Below, piece by piece: positions 46,395 to 58,959 of a DNA stretch of 64,000 nt; within the stretch, counting starts at the first letter, position 1, and each line of letters opens with the position of its first letter. The stretch comes from Octopus bimaculoides (taxonomy: Eukaryota). The position numbers and the translations under genes were made by a program. The stretch spans positions 259,894 to 323,893 of the forward strand of contig NC_068984.1 of the NCBI RefSeq assembly GCF_001194135.2, given 5' to 3'. The notes below the pieces were generated by a model, which made no database searches, was not told the origin of the DNA, and saw nothing but the letters and a program-made list of their open reading frames with translations.

Positions 46395-46612
46395 GACGGA
46401 TATTTTTTGTCCTCATCTTGTTTGTTGTTAACACGTTTCGGCTGATATACCCTCCAGCCCTCATCAGGTGCCTTGGAGAAGTTTCAAACCTGGGTTCTCA
46501 TTCCTAAGGTATTTTTCAATGTTATTGTTATTATTATTCAGGTCACTGCCTGGAATCGAACTCAGAATCTTGGGGTTAGTAGTCCATGCTCTTAACCACT
46601 TCATATGCCCGT
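46395..46612 (-). mobile_element. tRNA-headed SINE family D with hammerhead-ribozyme-like 3' region
   Basis: Minus strand: AGTGGTTAAG (A-box), GAGTTCGATTCC (B-box), (AAT)n, then GGCAC-CTGATGA-G-GGCTG-gagggtatat-CAGCC-GAAAC-GTGTT. Confidence 0.65.
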
Positions 46613-48279
46613 GCTGAGGAAAATGCCACCCACTCATGCAAACATTGTTAAAATGGTGATGGATACTTTTCGGACTCTTGCATCTTTACTGCACTCCTTG
46701 TTTCTCTCACATCCATTACTCATCCTCTCTTCTAGTCACTGTTCTGTTTGTCTGTTAGATGTGATTGGCTTTGTCTGCATTCCACCCTGCCTTCCAGCAC
46801 TCTACTCATCCATCACTCTATTCCATTATGACGTCTGTATAACAAAGTATGTCAATTTGATCTCTCCTCTACATGGTCAACCCCTTTCGATCACCCCCTC
46901 CCCTCCCATGTTGCCCTTCATTGACATTCACCATCCTCTCTACCACCACCTATCTTTGTTGCTCTTCTTCAGCCATGTAGCTATCATGCTCTCCTTTCCA
47001 CTATTTACTCCCTTGTTACTGCCTCCCCCCCTCCATCATTTTTATCCTGATACTCTCTCTCTCTTTCTTTTCATCAGCTCAGTCATCACTCTCTACTTCT
47101 ACTGACTTCTTCTCACTCACTTCTACTGACCTCATACCTTAAGGTGCCACCTGGACACTGCATCGCCAATATTTATCTCTTTGCACCTACCATTGATTCA
47201 TTTTTCAATCTCTCATCAATGAGAATAGCCATGTGGCTCTTCTCCAAGAACTTGCTCTGTTCCACCCTCTTCAAGCCCCCCCCCCCACTTGGCTTTCATA
47301 GTCTTGCATGCTGCATGGTGACCTCACTGGTGCTGGTGCCACATAAAGAAGCACCCAGTCTACACTCTGTAAAGTGGTTGGCATTAGGAAGGGCATCCAG
47401 TAATAGGAACCATGCCAAAGCAGACACTTGGACATGATGTAGACCAGCTAGATCCTGTCAAATGATACAACTCATGGCAACAGGCAACTTGGACATTAAC
47501 TTGGTGATGATGATGTTGATGATGATTATATATGTGGTCTTCTGACTTGTCATGGAGAGCAGTAACTCCAGAAAAGAACTTGCTTGGACTATGATGACTT
47601 TGTTAATCCATGCCAACATGGAAAGCAGATATAAAATGGTTAGAATGTGTGTAAGTGAGTGTGTAGGTTGGTGAGCAAGATGGTTTTTGTCTGATATACA
47701 AAAATGCAGACATGGTCATGTGGTTAAGAAGCTTGTTCCCAACCACAAGGTTTTGGGGTCATTTCCACTGCACAATACCTTGGACATGTGTCTTCAGCTA
47801 TAACCCTGAGTTGACCAAAACCTTGTGAATGGATTTGATAGATGGATACTGAAAGGAACCTTATATATCTATCTGTGTGTATGTGTGTCTGTACATTTGT
47901 GTTTCTCCAGAAATCTCTTGGCTACTGGCCAGAGATGGTGTTTCTCCTGTCAGTGGCTTTGTGCCTTCAAAGATGTTTCGAATAAGGTATTCCTTACTTA
48001 CAAAACAAGTAACGATTAGCAACTGGTAGAGTATCCAACTGTAAAATAATGTCTCAGTATTCATCGAACCCATACTAGCATGGCAAAACAGATGTAAAAG
48101 CAGTGTGGACGAATGAGACAGTGGGCATTTGAGCCTTTGTCCATCATTATCATTGTTTTTGTGTCCACTTTTCCATGCTCTCCTATGACCAAACATGTTT
48201 TTATGGGAAACTGCGAGTGAATGGCATCATTTGTATGAGGGTCACACTCATTTACAACTAGAAATCAAAGCAAGGAGAT

Positions 48280-48326
<47 letters not shown>

Positions 48327-48681
48327 CATATGTTGGTGTCTTTCAGTTTCTGTCTCCGTGTTCCACTCAAAGGCTTTGCTTGACTCAAGGCACTTGCTCA
48401 AGGTGCTGTGCAGTGGGATTGAACCTAAAACTATGTGGTTGAAAAGTGAACTTCACNNNNNNNNNNNNNNNNNNNNNNNNNNNNNNNNNNNNNNNNNNNN
48501 NNNNNNNNNNNNNNNNNNNNNNNNNNNNNNNNNNNNNNNNNNNNNNNNNNNNNNNNNNNNNNNNNNNNNNNNNNNNNNNNNNNNNNNNNNNNNNNNNNNN
48601 NNNNNNNNNNNNNNNNNNNNNNNNNNNNNNNNNNNNNNNNNNNNNNNNNNNNNNNNNNNNNNNNNNNNNNNNNNNNNNNNN

Positions 48682-48719
<38 letters not shown>

Positions 48720-49081
48720 GTTTTGTTACCAATCTCAGGCTATTATGACAGTTATATACTCAGGTTTCAAAGGGAAATGTTACTGTGTGTATTGGGTGTT
48801 GGTAAAGTGTGTGTGTGTCTGAGTGGATGTGTGTGGGAAGACCATGTTTATATTTAAGCTTGGAAGAAATGTGTTTGCATACACTTACACTCGCATATGC
48901 GCTTGTGCACACTCACACATGCATGTGCACACGCACACACACACGATGCTTATATTAGAGAAGGAAATGCCTATTGTGATACTAGATGTGTCCTTCAGGT
49001 GTTAAAGAGATACAGAAGGAATTAGCTTGAATGAAAGCCTGATGAGGAAGGGAGGAAGGGAGAGAGAGAGAGAGAAAGAAG

Positions 49082-49131
<50 letters not shown>

Positions 49132-49160
49132 ATAACATGTATTTAATATCTATGTTGTAG

Positions 49161-49264
49161 AACTAAACAAACATTGCTGTCTTGTCTGTATCGACAACAA
49201 ATGGCATGTCTGTGTTAATCTCCTCGGTGAAAGCCTGCCTTTAACTGTGAGTGAATATCAGTGA
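49161..49264 (+). CDS. Candidate alternative ECT2 last exon: (E)LNKHCCLVCIDNKWHVCVNLLGESLPLTVSEYQ-stop
   Basis: tatgttgtag acceptor; phase 1 matches the donor at 45853; followed by non-repetitive sequence and AATAAA at 49519-49524. No homology support. Confidence 0.3.
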
Positions 49265-49518
49265 AGTACTACTGAAAACTACCACAGTAGACACTAGTTG
49301 CTGTTGATGGCAACTTCCCAGCTCTTGTTTCCTTGCTAACAAATCTTTCTCTAACTGATCCATTACTAGTTTTCCATCAATGGAAAAAATCACTTGAAGC
49401 ATCCATACACAACATGGTAATGTAGCCACCTCACAAACCTACCCTCTGGCAGCCACCCAAGCTTTTCTTTTTGACTGGCAGTTTTTCAACCACCCTTATT
49501 ACAGAAGCTCTGTGGTGG

Positions 49519-49524
49519 AATAAA
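49519..49524 (+). promoter_or_regulatory. AATAAA, candidate poly(A) signal for the ECT2 transcript
   Basis: Canonical hexamer about 255 nt after the candidate stop at 49262-49264. The hexamer is common in AT-rich DNA. Confidence 0.25.
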
Positions 49525-50517
49525 AGAAAAAAAAAAAAGAAACAACAGCAGCAGCAGCAAAACAACAAGAACAACAAATAATAATAATAATAATTATAAT
49601 AATAGGAGAAATGTCATGATTTCCCCTGGTTCATGTACCATTACTTTATTATTATTATTATCATTTCCTCATACCTCACCTATCATTTGTGATATTTTTC
49701 ATTTGCTCTCATTAGAACACTTGCTGTGAACTAATTTACTTTCTCCTGGTTCTGGAATCACTGAAAGAATTATTTCTGCTCTTCATATTTCAAACACAAA
49801 TATAAATGTTGTGCATAGAAAGATACGAACTCCGAAGATTTCAACAACTTTTCACCACAGGTTTTGCTTTTATCTCTTCTCTTACTTTGGTTTTGACATC
49901 CAGTTTTCCCTCCTTTATACTTCTAAACATGGGCATTGTGCTATATTTAGATATTTTAATGAACTATTGACAATGTTATATTTTTCCCCTCTGCAAACCA
50001 AATCTAAAGATTGCTATATTTTGGTGGTCATTTCTGAATAGTTTGGTCACTTATATTTGTCAGTGGGTTACATTGTTTGGTAAGAACTGACTGAGCTTCA
50101 GCTATGACACGCATTCTGTTCAGAGACTGTGCCTCTTTAGATTGAGGAAGAATTCACTGAGCTTACAACTCCATCAATATATATAAAAAAAATAATCATC
50201 TTCCATAGCAGGATGGGTTGGATGGTTTGACTGGAGCTGGAAGACGAGGGAGCTGCATCAGGTTCCAGTGTCTGTTTTGGCATTGTTTCTGCAGCTGGAT
50301 ACCCTTCCTAATGCCAACCATTTTACAGAGTGTGAAGGGAGATGTTTAGAGATGAGAAGAGGTAACTGAAGCGAGTGATGGTGAGAGAAGCTGAAGTGGC
50401 TGGGAGTGGCGTTCATGGTAGATGTCTGAGGGTATGGAGAGGAGAGAGAGAGAGGAGGGAGCCTACAGTGGGTAGTAATCATGGGTAATAAGACGAGGGT
50501 CGGGTATGTATGTATAT

Positions 50518-52010
50518 GTCATCATCATCATCATCATTGTTTAACATCTGCTTTCCATGCTGGCATAGGTTGGACGATTTGACTGAGGACTGGTGAACCA
50601 GATGGCTGCACCAGGCTCCAATCTGTCTATAGCTGGATGCCCTTCCTAATGCCAACCACTCCGAGAGTGTAGTTGGTGCTTTTACGTGCCACTGGCACGA
50701 GTGCCAGTCTGGCGGTACTGGCAACGGCTATGCTCAGATGGTGTTTTTCATGTGCCACCAGCACCAGTGCCAATAAGGCGAGAATGGTAACAATCATGCT
50801 CGAATGGTGCTTTTTACGTGCGACCGGCACAGAAGCCATTCAGCTGCTCTGGCGACAATCACGCTTGGATGGTGCTCTCAGCGCTCCACTAGCATGGATG
50901 CCAGTGATCGAACTTGGTTCGATTTCGATTTCACTTGCCTCAACAGGTATTCGCAAGCAGAGTTTAGTGTCCAATGAAGGAAAGGTAGACATAAGTGGGC
51001 TGGTTACACCCCTGGCATAGGTCTCACGGGTTATGGTCTCATTTGGTTTGCTGGGTCTTCTCATGCACAGCATATTTCCAAAGGTCTCGGTCACTAGTCA
51101 TTGCCTTGGTGAGGCCTAATGTTTGAAGGTCGTGCTTCACGACCTCATCCCAAGTCTTCCTGGGTCTGCCTCTTCCACAGGTTCCCTCAACCGCTAGGGT
51201 GTGGCACTTTTTCACACAGCTATCCTCGTCCATTCTCGCCACATGACCATACCAGCACAATCATCTCTCTTTTTCACACCACAACTAATGCTTCTTAGGT
51301 CCAACTTTTCTCTCAAGGTACTTACACTCTGTCTAGTATGAACACTGACGTTACACATCCATCGGAGCATACTGGCTTCATTCCTTGCGAGCTTACGCAT
51401 GTCCTCAGCAGTCACGGCCCATGTTTCACTGCAGTGTAGCATGGCTGTTCGTACACATGCATCATACAGTCTGCCTTTTACTTTGAGTGAGGGTCCTTTT
51501 GTCACCAGCAGAGGTAGGAGCTCTCTGAACTTTGCCCAGGCTATTCTTATTCTAGCAGCTACACTTTCAGTGCACCCTCCCCCACTACTAACTTGTTCAC
51601 ACAGATAGCGGAAGCTACCAACTATGTCTAGCTTTTCTCCTTGGAATGTGGTAGAAGTTGTTCTCTGCACATTTTTAGTGTTTATTGCTCCTGAGCATCT
51701 GCCACATACAAAAACTATCTTCCCAGTTAACCTGCCTTTGATATTGCTGCACCTCTTATGTGTCCATAACTTACACTGGGTACATCTTATGGAGTTCTAC
51801 CTACGCCTTTTCTACAGATCGAGCAGGGCCATCTACCTGAAGGGATTTGTGGTTTGTCTGCCTTCCTACTTATTAGGACTTTGGTTTTAGCTAGGTTGAC
51901 TCTAATGCCCTTCGATTCTAATCCTTGCTTCCACACCTGAAACTTCTCCTCTAGTTCTGATAGTGACTCAGCAATTAGAGCAAGGTCATCAGCATAGAGG
52001 AGCTCCCAGG
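50518..52010 (-). mobile_element. 5'-truncated RTE-clade LINE (about 1.5 kb): RT end, Cys/His finger insert, ORF2 C-terminus, 3' UTR, (GAT)n tail
   Basis: Minus-strand peptides CTQCKLWTHKRCS, FRYL, RIRIAWAKFRELLPLL, KGRLYDACVRTAMLH.SETW, WYGHVARM, GTCGRGRPRKTW are typical RTE ORF2. Few frameshifts; (ATC)n at about 50518-50537 on +. Confidence 0.9.
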
Positions 52011-52012
52011 GG

Positions 52013-52047
<35 letters not shown>

Positions 52048-53546
52048 TCACGCTTAGAGGGACTTTATAAGTCAAAACTACCAAAATAAGCACATATTTA
52101 CCGATCGCGAGGTAAAAACTTTTAACTTAACTGGTTTCATAATTAATACAGCAAAACTATGCAGTAAGCTGCATCTTTTATTCATCAGTGCACGTATGGT
52201 CAAGACACATAAAGAATAAACAAAAATCAACATACCCTGATGTACCCAACACAGTACAATGACTCCTGTTCATCCTTATATATCCGTGAAAGAAGCGGGC
52301 TTTTCAAGTTACACTTCTGCAACACGTGCTTTTACAGAATAATATTCAGCACTGAATATATTCTAATTATTTATAATATAATATAAGGATAAAATCTTTA
52401 TAAGAATTCATCAAGTAGTCAGCGTCGCAAGGGAATGCAACTTTCAAAGCTAACACCTATTCCTCTGCATACATTTATGTATACAGATAGGCACTCCCCC
52501 CCCCACACAAACACACGTAAGAGCCCCTAAATACATATTCACAGATGTGTGTATATTTGTATATAACTCCATACATACATGTACGCATTTATGTGTACGT
52601 ACTCACCTATCCCTATATCCAAGTTTAGTTGGACATACAGACACATTCTGATGTTGTATTCCATGGGACATATCTCGTCAAACTAAGCAATTGAAACAAC
52701 ACACCATAAAACCATATTAATGCAGCGATGATTTAATGCATGTCGTGTGTGTACTAATCAACTGGTTTGTTCATGCATATCTGTTGGAACAGCAGTCCGT
52801 AATTATATGTTCTTGTGCAGTCCACCTTTAATTGCATTAATGGTATTGCAAGTCTACAGGTGTTGATTGAATGGACAATTTATTGTGCAACATATAAGTC
52901 AATGGGAAGCTTTGATAGCAATATCCTGTGTTGTTGTGCTTAGGATGGTGGTGTGTTCATCACTCAGAAAGCAGTAAGGACAGGCACACGTTTATGCCGG
53001 ACAGCGAACGAATGCTAAAGGCCTGTAGTCAACCGTAACATTGCAACGGAATCTGTTCCTCGCCATTCCTGCCCAACAACTTAAACTTATAGTCACTAAC
53101 AACATGCTGTATTAAAACTGAGTAAAAAAGGGTTTATTTCATGAGAGACCCCTTATAAAATCACCTGACGAAACACTTCTGCACCAGTTGTACAGTATCC
53201 CACCCATGAGAGATTGATGTTGGATGGGTTGAAACGATTATTTTCCATTTTCCATTACCTGACTGGTCCTTATTTTAATGACCCTGAAAGGATGAAAGTC
53301 AAAGTTGACCTTGGCGCAATTTGAACTCAGAATGTGGAGACAGACGGAATACTGCTCAGCATTTCGTCTGCTGATGTTTCAGTCATTCTTTTTTAATACA
53401 AATGCAAGGCCTGAAATTTGGTTCTGTTTGCAACAAAATGGAGAAACGGAATCTCTTCAAAGAAAATTCTCTAATTACCAAAAGCAGCAGCTAAGCTACT
53501 ACCATGTTGTCTGGTGTGCTAATGATTCTGCCAGCTCATAGTCTTA

Positions 53547-53578
<32 letters not shown>

Positions 53579-54261
53579 CATTTGAATTCTGAGACCAAAG
53601 GTTGATTAGTGTAACAGTTATTCAGTTGAAATATATTTCACATTTAACCTCCATCGCACATTGCAGCTGCTAACATTTTCAGATCAATATAACTAGTATT
53701 TCTCTAAATAACTGCAAATTAACAGAATTTGCAATTGATCAAGTTTTCTGGCTGTTTTTTCTTCTCTCTTTTTCTCTTTGTTTCTCTCTTTTATTTCTTG
53801 TTTGTTTGTTTGTTTTCCAATTTCATTTCTGGCAAATATTGTATGAGGTGGCGTAACTTATCAAATTTGATCAGAACAGATGAGATGTGAGGTTAAACGG
53901 AATTGTTCCCTCACCTCGTCTATCACTCCCCTTCTCCCATCCTCATTGATTGTGCTTTTCCTTCTCAAGATTCTATCAGCATTTTGTTCCAACACAAATG
54001 AAACCTTCTCCTCCCTATTTATTATTTTTTTTTACAACAAAATAATTTCACATTAAATTTTAAATATGTTTAAAAATGAATATGAACCATTGAATGGTTT
54101 CAGCTGACTTTTATGGGAATTACATTTTGTGATAATGTGAATTGTAGTTGAAATGTGGTTGAAATGATAATAATGATGGAGGTGGTTTTACAATTGAGTT
54201 TGCAGTTAACGAATGAGGCTGGATGGTTCTGGTCGTTATGGTCGAGAGGATTTTAATTAAG

Positions 54262-54299
<38 letters not shown>

Positions 54300-54664
54300 A
54301 GTTAATGTTTGAATGTGTGAGGCTGGATGCTTTCTGCAGTTATGGTCGAGGTGATTATAATTAAGGCGTGTGTGTGGAGTGGTGGCTGAGGTGAGAATAG
54401 CAACAAACGAACGGTTGTCAAGGTGGTACCACACAAGGCAGTTGGAATACGAAGAGGTAAACAGTTCTTTCTAGTGAGGAATATCAGCCATGAAGAAGAA
54501 TTCACCTTTGTCTTCACTGCCATTAATTGCCAAGTTCAATTTCAAAAGGGAAAATGTTGTTTCTCAAAAACCCAGGTGTTCAAAGTAATCTCCACTACCA
54601 CCATCCCTATCCCCATCATCACTACTACACACATCTTTGTTACCAAAGATGCATCTACGTGGTT

Positions 54665-55020
54665 GCATCATCATCATTTAATGTCCGCTTTCCATGCTAG
54701 CATGGGTTGGCTGATTTGACTGAAGACTGGTGAACCAGATTGCTGCACCAGGCTCCAATCTGATCTGGCAGAGTTTCTACAGCTGGATGCCCCTCCTAAT
54801 GCCAACCACTCCGAGAGTGTGATGGGTGCTTTTACATGCCACTGGCACAGATGCCATTTGTGTGACACCAGGGTGCTTTATACGTGTCACTGGCACGGGT
54901 GCCAATTTGTGTATCTGCCATGACACTGGTATCTGTCACGTTTGCGATTTTGCTTGGTTTGGTGGGTCTTCTTCTCAAGCACGGCATAATGCCAAAGGTC
55001 TTGGTCATTGCCTCCATGCT
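54665..55020 (-). mobile_element. RTE 3' end with internally deleted UTR
   Basis: Common 3' block at 54665-54850 joined to the last ORF2 codons (AMTKTFGIMPCLRRRP) near 54950-55020. Confidence 0.8.
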
Positions 55021-55029
55021 GCCCAACAC

Positions 55030-55337
55030 TCGAAAGGAACTCAACCACTTTACCTCCATGAGGTCCATGCTGTAAATTTTTCCATCCATCTATGCTCCTT
55101 ATTCTTGTCAGTGAAGTCATCTCCATTAACAGCTTGTGGTCTTCTGTGGATGTCAGACAACCTGAAGCCCTTCTTTGTCAAGAACTCAACAATGATGGCA
55201 TGTTGCTTCTGAAGAACAGGAAGAAGAGTTACTATGGAGGGAGATTTACTCTCACAAAATGTGGAATTGAAAGGATCTTTGTTAGTTAATAAAAAGATTA
55301 GGCCCACTTTTGCATAAATTTCAGTACAACCCTCATA
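55030..55337 (-). mobile_element. Mariner-family DNA transposon remnant (left end plus N-terminal helix-turn-helix)
   Basis: Begins TA-TGAGGG (CpG-decayed TA-CGAGGG mariner terminus). Peptide KQHAIIVEFLTKKGFRLSDIHRRPQAVNGDD...HRWMEKF fits the mariner N-terminal pattern KQRAVIEFL...IHRRL..VYG...RRW...F. Confidence 0.75.
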
Positions 55338-56457
55338 CACTTATTATCTCTGTAATGGAAATGGAATTGGATGGCATTTGGTCTACAGTTTAACATCAGC
55401 AGTGGTGATGGTGTGTGTGTATGGATAGATATATGTATATGATATACACATGCATATATACATATGAGCATGATGTTAATAATTAATTTTTGACCTCAAA
55501 GAAAATATCACAGACCATAAATAATTAACAAACTCATTAGAGCTTTGGACAGAATTTGTAGAATTAGGAAGAAAACAACAACTTGTGGTTAAAGTCTGTT
55601 AGATGTTACATCGATTGGTAAACATAGAGCTTATTTATTTGTTTTTTTTGGGGGCAAGAAAGCATTGAAAACTCCTGGCAAATGAAGGTCATATGACGAC
55701 TAATTTAATTGTTTGTTATATAAATGGTTTACTGTCTGTAGAATAGTTATCTTGGTTTATCTGTCACGATAATGAGTATTAGACCAACATTTGTCAATAA
55801 AATTACTATATGGAAGCTGGAAGAAACCATTTGTATGTGTGTGTATTCTACCTTGTCTTTGTGTGTGTTACTGTTCGTATAAATGGTGGTCCTTGCGAAA
55901 GCATGTCCATTCATGTTTTCACAGGGCCTCGATAGACAATGGGAATCGTTACCTTTGTTAGAAACAAGGTGGGGTTTGCTATCAGGAAGGGTTTCCACTG
56001 AATATAATTTTGTGATGTCCAACAAGAACTTGAGACACAGGTAGTGGGTGGGTAGGGTTTACTTGTTAAATCTAGAGGAAGGGAGATTGGTCATTACCTT
56101 TGTAGCATCTCCTGCGTCTGTTTTAGTCAGTTGAGAATGGAACAAGACACAAAACAATGTCTTCTGTTCTGCCCCTCCACCAGCCACCTCACTTTCCATT
56201 TGACTTGATGTTTCACCATTGTTTCGTTTATCTGTAGTTGTTGTTGGTGATGGTCATGGTGGTTGGTTGCGTCAGAGTTGCATTCATCATCTGAGTCTGT
56301 GGGTTTCCCCCTGTTCTCCAAACTCACAAGTTTTCCAACCTAACAATCACAATGTCATTCACTCAGGAAATGTAAAATTTTCCAACTCAACAACTGAAGA
56401 TATTGATTGAGAGAAAAAGAACTTTCTAAACTTGAGAACAACATGGAATTTTCTCTC

Positions 56458-56504
<47 letters not shown>

Positions 56505-57079
56505 CACACACACACACACACACACACCCACCCACACTTTATGTTCGACATAGTCATCACTACGAGTTGAATGTGTCTCTTGGACAGCATGTCTTCACGC
56601 AGCCTTGTTTTCCTGGTTGTGTAACCCAAGTCCACATATGTATGCACCAACTCACCCAACACTCAGCCACAGATATTTTTTACTGTCCTTTCTCCCTCCC
56701 ACCGCCACCACTATCAGAAATATATTGACTAACCAGTGTGTGTGTGAGAGAGAAAGAGAGAAAAGGACATATTTAACAGACTCTTTGAGATGTTTGCTGT
56801 ACATAATTGAATTTCTTATTTTCTTTTCATTCAATAGGAGAGAAAACCGTTTCCAAAGACATTTCATTTTTACTCTTTTTATTTCCAGGGCATTTCGAAA
56901 GGAATACGCAAATTTACCACGTCTAGCGAACCTGAGAAGCTGGCCTTGAGTAAGGAAACAGTTNNNNNNNNNNNNNNNNNNNNNNNNNNNNNNNNNNNNN
57001 NNNNNNNNNNNNNNNNNNNNNNNNNNNNNNNNNNNNNNNNNNNNNNNNNNNNNNNNNNNNNNNNNNNNNNNNNNNNNNN

Positions 57080-57134
<55 letters not shown>

Positions 57135-57715
57135 AGGGTTAAATGGACTCAATATGGAACATTATACACACACAACACACACACCCACATATTAGATGGT
57201 TAAATCTAGTTAATATTGGTGGAACATCTTATATATAATGGTTTTGGTTAGTATTGATGGGACACACACACACACAACCACACATATATAATGATTACAG
57301 TTTGGTGTGCGTATATATAATTTGAAAAAGAAAGTTTTTAACATACCATCTACTTATTGATACCAATTATTAATTGCATGTCTTTTTTATTTTTGTTTTC
57401 AACATCTGTGATTTGTTTTAGATTTTTTTTTCTAAATTATCTTGGCTTTTTTTTTATAACTTCTTATTGAATCATATGAGCTTTTTTTTAAAGATAAATT
57501 GCAAAATAAGTGACTGAAATTTTATATTTATGAAAAAAAATTTGAGATAATGGGGAGCAAAAAAAAAAGGCATGTTGACTATTTATTTTCAATATTGAAT
57601 ATCAAACACAATAATAACTTTTTCTATTTTTTTTCTTGGACTTATTACCTCCCCTCTCTGTCTGCTGCCTGTCTGACTGATTTTGTTTTCTTTTTTTCTA
57701 TTTCTCAATATCTCA

Positions 57716-57755
<40 letters not shown>

Positions 57756-58959
57756 GAAGCATATATTCCATGTGTGTGTGTGTGTGTGTGTGCACTTGCT
57801 TGCATGCACATGGTCCTAAATTTCCTCTAAAAAGTCTGTTAAACATTTTTTTCTGCAGTAATCATTCTTGAGTCTAAATTAATAATGACATATATATGTC
57901 TGTATACTTTTCTTTTCACCATTTTACTTCCATTCTGCAAAAGCAGTTTGTTGCAACTTTTTACCTTATGTATCCATTTTTTGTTTAGTGTATTTTTTTT
58001 TTACTATCTATTATCTTGTTCGTTGGCTGAATTTGTTATCAAAGTTAATTTGTGTCCAGAGAAAAACCAAGACTTTTTAAGTAGAGAAAGAATGTACTTC
58101 TTGTGTTTTTATTATTCATTTATTTTCAAATGTTGTTTTAGCATTTAATTTCTTATTTCCAATCATTGAGAATTTAAAAGTTATTTACTCTATCAGTCTC
58201 CATCAGTTTTAAGCCTATTTACTCTTTTTCGTCATCTTCTCTTACAATAGTATACACTCTCGAAATGCTACTGGTCTAACTACTTCTCATATTAAATCAC
58301 TCTTTTTTTTCTCACTGGACCACCATACATTGGTGTGTGATATTAGAAAATATTTTGAGAAAGAAATCTAAAGGTTTTAGATTTCTTTACTACTTTCTGT
58401 TCTTGTCAAGACAAACTGCTAATATCCTTCTTCTTCTTCTTCTTATCCCATTCTTTGTCTTTCAACTCAGCCCTGACTCTAAACTCTTCTCTCTTCTCCA
58501 TCATCTGTAATTATTGTGTGTATATCTGCCATACTACTGTGTGTGTATATTTACCATACCAGTATGTATGTATGCACTTATACCATTGTGTATATTTCCT
58601 GTAATATTAAAGTGTCATTTGGTTAGGTTTTTTTTTCACAGTTGTTGTACAAATATTTTATGTTCCATTCTATTAAAATGTCTGTCGTATGTTCACCATG
58701 CCATTTGATCTACTTGTTCACGATGGCCATTAAATGTTGTTTTAGTGTCAGTCCCATTCTGCAGAATCTTGAGCAAGCCTCAGTTTAACTAAAACCTTAT
58801 GAAAGTTGGAAAGGGTTGTTACTGATCTTGAGTTGATAAAGTTAAATTGGCCCTCAATTTAACACTGTTGTTTGACCTTTGAGCACAATCCACTTCAGTG
58901 CAGCTGGGTTAGGGTTGCTGAAGAGGAGGCTCATTGGCATTGTTGCCTTTCTCTAGGTC

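Noticed and set aside
46540-46612. Functional tRNA gene (also SINE heads at about 7520, 18395, 35491, 45270)
   Set aside because: A and B boxes are present but there is no acceptor stem or full cloverleaf, and each runs into a SINE body.
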